Position numbers and translations under genes: made by a program. A stretch of 18,446 nt of DNA from Trichoplax adhaerens. Lineage: Eukaryota; Animalia; Placozoa. A model generated the notes under the pieces. It did no database searches. It had not been told where the DNA came from and saw nothing but the letters and a program-made list of their open reading frames with translations. Numbering within the stretch: position 1 is the stretch's first letter; every line of letters starts with the position of its first letter. Positions 1 through 9,100 of this stretch are shown here, piece after piece. The DNA is taken from the NCBI RefSeq assembly GCF_000150275.1, contig NW_002060943.1, positions 1,252,229 through 1,270,674 of the forward strand, read 5' to 3'.

Positions 1-35
1 TAAACTTCCTAGTAATTAGAGAAAATCTATCTTAC

Positions 36-155
36 CGGTACAAGTCTTGCCATTTCCTGTATAACCTGAATTACATGAACATGTATAAGATCCAGGTGTA
101 TTTTGACAGTTGGCGTTGGAATGACAAGCATTGAATGTACTACATTCATTTATAT
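36..155 (-). CDS. Exon: cbEGF ([40 protein letters not shown])
   Basis: 120 bp, phase 1-1; GTAAG donor at 35, so the gene continues beyond the window. Confidence 0.9.
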
Positions 156-3100
156 CTGTAAATCACAGGAACAAATAAGTGTTCTTTGAATATATCAGCT
201 ATCGATATGACTTTCGTGACTAATGCATTTGTGCACATATACACTGAAATTTGCATTTATTGAAATAAAAAGCTTCAGTAACATACCAGAGCATGTTTTT
301 CCGTCTACGTTAAGTGAATATCCGCTTGAGCAGCTGCATTGATATCCGCCGATAGTATTATTACATAACATTTGACATGTATCTATCTTATCTGCACATT
401 CATCCCGATCTATGGAATATTGGAAATTCAGTGGTTATAAGTAGCTTATAATCTCAATATTAGTCATTACATTACCACACAGAAAACGATTTTTATCAAG
501 GCTTGATAATAGCGATAAAGATTACGATAACACTGAAAGATTATAAAACTCTCACAACCGTTACCTTTGCAACTAACGCCATCGGGCTGCAATATATATC
601 CATTCTTACATGCACATTGATCTTTGCCGTTGATAAGAGTACAAGACTCAGAACAATTATTATTGCTACTACATGTGGTGGCCGCTACAATAAATTAGTC
701 AAAAAAATACCCCTAAAATTAATCTATTGATTGTGTTATGAATAAATAAGTACACGTAACATATACCTTGGTATATTATAGGTTAAATATAATTAGAATT
801 ATAATTGCAAACAATCCAATACTATACGAAAATTTACGTTATAAGCTACTTCAAAGTCTTGGAAGGACATTTTCTAAAGGTCCTTTACGTGTATAGTAGA
901 AAGGATATGCTATAATAAGTAAAATTTATAATGTACCTATGCAACTTTTATTATCGCTGTTGAGGTTAAATCCAGAATGACAAGAGCAGATATAACTGCC
1001 ATTGGTATTGGTACAGATTTGGCCACATATCTGTGAGTTCTTGAAGCACTCATCAGCATCTATAGGTGTCAATAAAAATTTATGAGCACTAGTTTTGATA
1101 AGGTATCGAAAGATTAAATATTGGTTTATTCTGCATAAAAGACAATTGATTAATTATAAAATTTTATTGCTATAATTTAATTATAATTATTACACGCAAA
1201 AGTAAGAAATTAGCAAGATATAAATTTTACAAATACGTTACGATGCAGCACCGTAACCAAACATAGCATTGCACATATTACAGAGTAATATGTACCGCCT
1301 TAAATTAAACGTGCACAAGATATACTGTATATTCGTGTACAGCTTCGGAATTGGATAGAATTTAAATGCCTAAACTCTGCTAATCCTTTATTTGTTATGA
1401 CTAGTCATCTTTCTTGCACAGATATATAATATGTTACTGAGATAAATCCTACCTAAGCAAGTCTTTCCATCAGCGTTTAATTGATAACCAGATTGACAAT
1501 CGCAGGTATAGCCTCCGATGGTGTTGACACAGACTTGTTGACAGCTGTTTGTGGCTGAACTAGCGCATTCATCGAAATCAGAGCACAATATACCATCTCC
1601 TGTATAACCTTGTGGGCAACTGCCGCATGTATAACCGGTTAATGGAGCTACATTATCTGTACAAGTTACATTCTCGTAACATGGGAAATTAGCACAGCTA
1701 TCAAAGTCGAAAGTGCAATGATCTCCGGTCCATCCATCCGAACAAATACATGGGACCTGAGATACGCTACCATCTTCTATGGTTTCTCCACTATAAGCAG
1801 AAGCAAAGCGTAGTTCAAAGTAACATAGTTATATTCTAAGATATGTAAATATATTTTTACTCTAACTAAATTAATGAATATGGTTAATAGCTTACGTGTA
1901 GTCGCAAGTTCCACCGTTAGCGCAATAGCACATGATAATTTGTGCAGGACTGTAGATACTGGCTGCGTTCTTAGAATCTTTGGCCACGATTTGGATGCTA
2001 ATATTGGTGTAAGTACTAACATTCCAAGTAAATTGATAACTTGTAGGATTAAATGATGCACCTGGAGGAACGCTATCTGCAGTAACAGTCACAGTATCGC
2101 CAGTATTAGGATCAGACACGCTTAATGCTGTAGTGTAGACTTCTCCAAAGGTAACATTTAGTGTAGTAGGTCCAGTAATAACAGGTGGGAAATTTTCTGT
2201 TGGAAGACAAAATCAGTATACAGTAATACCATTTAAATATATTAATAAAATTGCTAGATGATTACAGAAGAAATTAAATAATTAGAAAAAATGATGAGAT
2301 ATTTTACCTGCTTGATTTTCCGCTTCTTGGTAGCCGTCAGCTGTATCTTTACCTTGTACAGCTAATTCTACATTTAGAGTTTGACTAGCATCATACAAGC
2401 ATGGGATATTGTTACCACATGAACTTAATGCTTGTTGATATAAGTCATTATCGCCACCGAATAAGGCAGTAATATTATCCGAAAATAGCGGTAGAAAGTC
2501 GGGATCCGTGAAGTTTTGATATGTTGTTCCAGGAGGATAAGTGAATAATGATTGAGTTTCATTAATTTTCCCTAATAATAGTAAAACGTAAAAGTATCAT
2601 AGTGATGATTCAAAATACTTGTTTTATTTTGAGTTGTAATATGAAATTGTAGAATTACTATGAATTGAGATTAAAACTTACATTTCTCTCCGAAATCATA
2701 ATAAATTTCGAATTCAGTAGCATTAATTAAAATCTTACTGCCATCGGGACGTGTAAAATCATCGTTCATATTGCCGTTCCATACACCAAGCAAACCCTTA
2801 GAATTACCTTGCAAAGAAGCTGGAGCGTTGACTGCTATACTGATTAGACCAGGTAAGACAGTGACTTCTAAGCTGGTACCCGATGAAAACGCAACAACTA
2901 ACGATCCATTTTGAGATAGGGCTAAGTCGACGTTATTATATTCACGAGTTTCATTTTGACTTAAATCGTTTAATGTTAAAGGTATGTTGCCATTGACGAG
3001 AATATCTAGGCCGTTATTTTGATCATTGAGTGTTGCTTGGATAACATCTGAATTATTCTGCTTAGCAGCAAAAGCCGAAAATACGGTAGCTTTAGCTGAA

Positions 3101-6100
3101 CGTGTACCATTAATAAGAGCTTGAGATGTTCTAGCCTGTACGTCAACATAATTATTTTGTAAATTGAGTAGTTGGTATTCTCCTAATCCGTTAAACGTGT
3201 ATTGTTTTCCGTCCATAGTTCTAATATGAGGATCGCCCCAGAACCAGGCTATAGTGTAAGTAAATTTTAATAAAATTAAATTCGATTAGAATTGATCATG
3301 AAATTAAATGAATGTACTTTGAGTTCAAATAGATCTAATTAACGCTTAAATAGGTGGATAATCTTAATATTTGTATGTGTAATTTTACTTGACCTATATC
3401 ACAAGTTATTTATAGTCTTCCTAAAACTAGCTGATAGACTTGATATGAAATAAAAGCTAAATCTCTAATGGTGTATTAGCAGACTATAAGAATATCACTT
3501 GAATAAATGAATGTAAATTTATTGTCTAACTTACTTCTTCTTGGTGGTCGATAGCCTCGACAAGTACCGCTATCTATAGGAAACATAATCGTGAATTGAT
3601 ACAACAATTCTGATAGGCCTCTTTATCTGTATCTCGTAATTGTTTATTGGCATATGTTAGAGTTCCACCGCTAGGCGATCCAGTAATTAAAGCTCCGAAA
3701 CGTCGGAAATTAGTTGTATAACAGCATACACGATGCATCTAAGTCCAACAAATATTCCGTTAAATTTAAATATAATCACCAGTTGATTTACTAATTATTC
3801 TTATATTATATGAAAATTATCGGCTGTTAGAGATAGTATAATATTTATCGGAGAAAATCTTAACTTACCCTCGTGTTACCTCCACCTTGTGTTGGAGATG
3901 AAAATCTAGATTGTGCGCAAGGATAACGTGCTACACTACCCCACCAGTTAAATCGACGATCAAACCATACTTGCCACCAAGTACATGGACATGGTGAAGG
4001 CATATATCGATTATAGTACGAGATATGATTCTGCTGGTAGTACCATGATAAACATTTCTGTACGTAATTAATGTGGAAGGTATCAGGATCTAAACGGAAT
4101 GCCCATTTACCAGTCATGCCAGTATTTCCAAGTAATGAATCAATCTTGAGAATATTACGATAGCCAGATAAAGCAATTTCATGATGGATATTTGTACTGC
4201 CCGTGATATATCCAACGCGAGCACGTAGACCGTAGAATCTTCTCCACCATTGCATTCCGTTAACTTCATAGTTATATAAGGCGAAAGTATTCTCACCATT
4301 GCTAACCAAGACTAATTGGAAGGTGTTGGTCTAATGATAGAAGTTCATAAGAGATGTTTTGTTCAGTATAATAATGACTATTCAAACTGTCATTATCTGT
4401 ACTATGCACTAAATTATACATAACATAAAATTACTATCATTACAAGTACGATAAAATTGATACTTACGAAGCCGAATCTACCGTAATAGCTGGCAGGATA
4501 AGGTACCATATCGGTCCAAGTAATGACAACAACATGTTTGGCATTAAAATTATTAACAGTATGATGATAAAGGCCGAATTTGGCTTTCAATTGTGAGCTT
4601 GTCCAATTACTATGAAGCTTGAGTTGTGATTGGAATTGATCAACATCGGTTGTAGCTCGACTAAGGATCGATTGAGACGACGTAGAGCTATCAAAATTAC
4701 TATATTCATGGTAATAAACACGGGATTTTGTATTATAGTAATGTCTCATATCGTTTCCGCTGAAGAATGGTGCCACCAGTGGAATGTTGTAATAACGGAA
4801 TGATGATGGATAATAGTAGCAATGCGAAAAATGGAATGTGACATAACCACTGGAACAGATCTAATCCAATTTCAAATACGAGAACATTACAGACGCATTA
4901 GTACCCTAAACTCTTATGAACAACTATATTATTTACAGTATAATACTTACATAAAGCGTTTGATAGAACTTGTTAGCAAAGTAAATAGGCGATTTAAGAT
5001 AAAGACGACGTCGGATGAGGAAGCGATTACCGAAAGATGAATCTCCTTGAGATGAACCATACGGATATAATCTACTTGCTACATAGTAAAAAAGTTTGAT
5101 AATTAATACGAGATACTGTTATTACTGTAATCAATGCGATACGGTAAGGATTGGACTTTATATCTGGACTATAATATAATGTACACGTATTTATGATTGC
5201 TTAATAAATAAAATAAAAGGAAGAAATTATCTTGACTTACGTATGATACTTTATTAGAGTTAAATACTGGATTAATATAGTTCTGTTTTATAACTTACGT
5301 GGCGGCGTAGTGGCTACATTGGGAAATGTTCCAGTCGTTGCCGTTTGGTTAGTCGGTGTTGCAGTAACAGTAGTTGCTGATTGTTGCGTTGTAGATATCG
5401 TTGGACTTGTAGAAGTAGAGAAAGTTTGAGAAGTAAAGCTACTGGAAGATGATACTGAAGAGGATGGTAGAAGTGAGCTAGTAGCTGAATGAATAGTAGA
5501 CGATTGCTGATAAGAAGAACTTGGAGCAACATAAGTGCTACTTGTTTGGCGTTGACTAGATGAGCTGCTTGGTGGAGTACTTGCACTACTACTTATAGAT
5601 GGACTTGGTGTTACATAAGTGCTTGAAGATAATTGTTGACTTGGAGCAGTGTAAGTTGAGCTGAATGTCGAGTATGAGCTTGTCGATGAGTGATGGATTA
5701 ATGAGCTTGAAGTTGCATATGTACTAGAGCTTCTTGGAGTAGTAAAAGTTGAGCTCGATGTTGAATGAGAACTTGTCGACGAATAATGGGTTGACGAGCT
5801 TGGAGTTATGTATGTACTAGAACTACTTGGAGCCGTGTACGTCGAGCTCGGAGCCATACGAGTACTAGTCGATGAATAAGTACCAGAACTAGTTGGAGCA
5901 GTGTAAGTTGAGCTCGATGTTGAATAAGAACTTGTAAATGAGCTTGAAGTTATATATGTACTAGTCGATGAGTATGTACTTGTACTGCTTGGGGCCGTGT
6001 ATGTTGAGCTCGAAGTCGAATATAAGCTTGTAGATGTATAAGAATGCGAAGAGCTTGGAGTCGTGTATGTTGAGCTCGAAGTCGAAAATAAGCTTGTAGA

Positions 6101-9100
6101 TGTATAAGAAGTCGATGAGCTTGGAGTTGTATATGTGCTAGTCGATGAGTATGTACTAGAACTGCTTGGAGTCGTGTATGTTGAGCTCGAAGTCGAATAT
6201 AAGCTTGTAGATGTATAAGAAGTCGACGAGCTTGGAGTTGTATATGTGCTAGAACTGCTTGGAGTCGTGTAAGTTGAGCTCGATGTCGAATATAAGCTTG
6301 TAGATGTATAAGAAGTCGACGAGCTTGGAGTCGTATATGTACTAGTGGATGAGTACGTACTAGAACTGCTTGGAGCCGTATATGTTGAGCTCGAAGTCGA
6401 ATATAAGCTTGTAGATGTATAAGAGGTCGACGAGCTTGGAGTTGTATATGTACTAGTCGATAGAGCTGCTTGGAGTCGTGTAAGTTGAGCTCGATGTCGA
6501 ATATAAGCTTGTAGATGTATAAGAAGTCGACGAGCTTGGAGTTGTATATGTACTAGTCGACGAGTATGTACTAGAACTGCTTGGAGCCGTGTATGTTGAG
6601 CTCGAAGTCGAATATAAGCTTGTAGATGTATAAGAAGAAGTCGACGAGCTTGGAGTTGTATATGTCCTAGTCGATGAGTACGTACTAGAACTGCTTGGAG
6701 TCGTGTATGTTGAGCTCGATGTCGAATATAAGCTTGTAGATGTATAAGAAGTCGACGAGCTTGGAGTCGTATATGTACTAGTCGATGGGTACGTACTAGA
6801 GCTGCTTGGAGTCGTGTATGTTGAGCTCGAAGTCGAATATAAGCTTGTAGATGTATAAGAAGTCGACGAGCTTGGAGTCGTATATGTACTAGTCGACGAG
6901 TACGTACTAGAACTGCTTGGAGTCGTGTATGTTGAGCTCGATGTCGAATATAAGCTTGTAGATATATAAGAAGTCGACGAGCTTGGAGTCGTATATGTAC
7001 TAGTCGACGTGTACGTACTAGAACTGCTTGGAGTCGTGTATGTTGAGCTCGAAGTCGAATATAAGCTTGTAGATGTATAAGAAGTCGACGAGCTTGGAGT
7101 TGTATATGTACTTGTCGACAAGTACGTACTAGAACTGCTTAGAGTCGTGTATGTTGAGCTCGAAGTCGAATATAAGCTTGTAGATGTATAAGAAGTCGAC
7201 GAGCTTGGAGTTGTATATGTACTAGTAGATGAGTACGTACTAGAACTGCTTGGAGTCGTGTAAGTTGAGCTCGAAGTCGAATATAAGCTTGTAGATGTAT
7301 AAGAAGTCGACGAGCTTGGAGTTGTATATGTACTAGTCGATGAGTACGTACTAGAACTGCTTGGAGTCGTATATGTTGAGCTCGATGTCGAATATAAGCT
7401 TGTAGATGAATAAGAAGTCGACGAGTACGTACTAGAACTGCTTGGAGTCGTGTATGTTGAGCTCGAAGTCGAATATAAGCTTGTAGATGTATAAGAAGTC
7501 GACGAGCTTGGAGTTGTATATGTACTAGTCGACGAGCTTGGAGTCGTATATGTACTAGTCGATGAGTACGTACTAGAACTACTTGGAGCCGTGTATGTTG
7601 AGCTCGATGTCGAATATAAGCTTGTAGATGTATAAGAAGTCGACGAGCTTGGAGTTGTATATGTGCTAGTCGACGAGTACGTACTAGAACTGCTTGGAGC
7701 CGTGTATGTTGAGCTCGAAGTCGAATATGAGCTTGTAGATGTATAAGAAGTCGACGAGCTTGGAGTTGTATATGTGCTAGTCGACGAGTACGTACTAGAG
7801 CTGCTTGGAGTCGTGTATGTTGAGCTCGAAGTCGAATATAAGCTTGTAGATGTATAAGAAGTCGACGAGCTTGGAGTCGTATATGTACTAGTCGATGAAT
7901 ATATACTAGTACTGCTTAAAGTAGTGGAAGTTGAGAATGATTGAGATGTAGTATACGAACTTGCTGAAGAATAAGCCGACGAGGCTGTAGTAGATGACAC
8001 AAGTGTGGAAGCTAGAATGGAATAATTAAAGAAAATATACGAATTATAAACTCATTTACCTTACTGTAATCACACACGAGTACAGTATATTAATTTCAGT
8101 GAATTTGGGTCGATTGTGGATTTATAGGGATTTAATATTAATTTTATTGGGAATTAATTTTATAATGGTTACAATGAAGTATTTTCATTACATAAGATCC
8201 TTCCTGAAGACTGCAATACATAGCATTGATTTTTTTTAAAATCGTATTTCAAAAATTTTCAACCATTATATCATTTAATTTTTATGTTAAAAGTGAATTT
8301 TCACCGTTATAATTAAGCGGACAAGATGGTTACAGCAAATAAAAATTAGACCCAATAATTACAAATAATTTTCTCGTAATTCGAATAGGTGCGTCATGAT
8401 GATGGTTACTCATACTCAGCAATGATATTACTATTAACATCGTAAAAATCTATATTGTAGATATAAATTTCAGCATTGCATAGTGATATTCTAAGAAAAT
8501 TGTTTATCCTAAAAACTAATCAATTGATTATTTACGGTGCTTGATAAATCACTATAACAAAATGGGTATTCAAGTGCTAATCAATAGATCGTTAAGTCTT
8601 CTTCTTGCATAGAATTGTCTTATATTAATATGGAATGGTTGAAACTTTAAACCTGTTAACATTGAGTACTTAGTACTGACTTCTTGTCTGTTAGTTTATA
8701 ACTTCGACATCGATATCTGCTAGTCTCAAAGGTATTAGCTTGAGAATATGAGTACTTGTAAACACGAGTTTTTATAGTCTGATCCTTCGCGTTAATTGGA
8801 CTGAAAATTAAAATATATTGCGTCCCTTACTAGCTATGAATGTAAAACTATATCTTGATATCGAAGCTACGATACCATAAGTGATAACGTTATGATGGCA
8901 CTAAGATTCTAGTCATATGTATCACACTGTAATAATTAACCTTTCATTGATAGTTACTATTACGTACTAGATTGCCGTATAAAAGAAAAGATTTATCATT
9001 TCTACTCAGAATCTAGGTAGTAAATTTGATTACAATATCTCTAAAAACTGTCTATAAGTTTGTATTTACAGAATATGAATGCCAAAATAATGATAAATCA

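Noticed and set aside
1757-1759. Alternative acceptor CAG before VPCIC
   Set aside because: Phase 0, whereas the upstream donor at 1895 is phase 2; the acceptor at 1791 fits.
3574-3602. Tiny intron (GTATC...CTATAG) repairing the AMOP stop
   Set aside because: About 29 nt, far below the 90-nt minimum seen in this gene, and it would remove conserved Cys residues.
5236-5270. Possible micro-exon at an extra GTAAG donor (5240)
   Set aside because: No phase-compatible acceptor with a plausible intron length.
503-5586. ORF-track ORFs 503-730+, 1777-2061-, 1874-2056+, 4114-4299-, 4822-5040+, 5314-5586-
   Set aside because: Antisense or alternate-frame shadows of mucin exons with no recognisable motifs.
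6453-8000. 515-aa ORF as a standalone gene starting at GTG 8000
   Set aside because: A splice acceptor at 8012 and a phase-matched signal exon show it is part of an internal exon.
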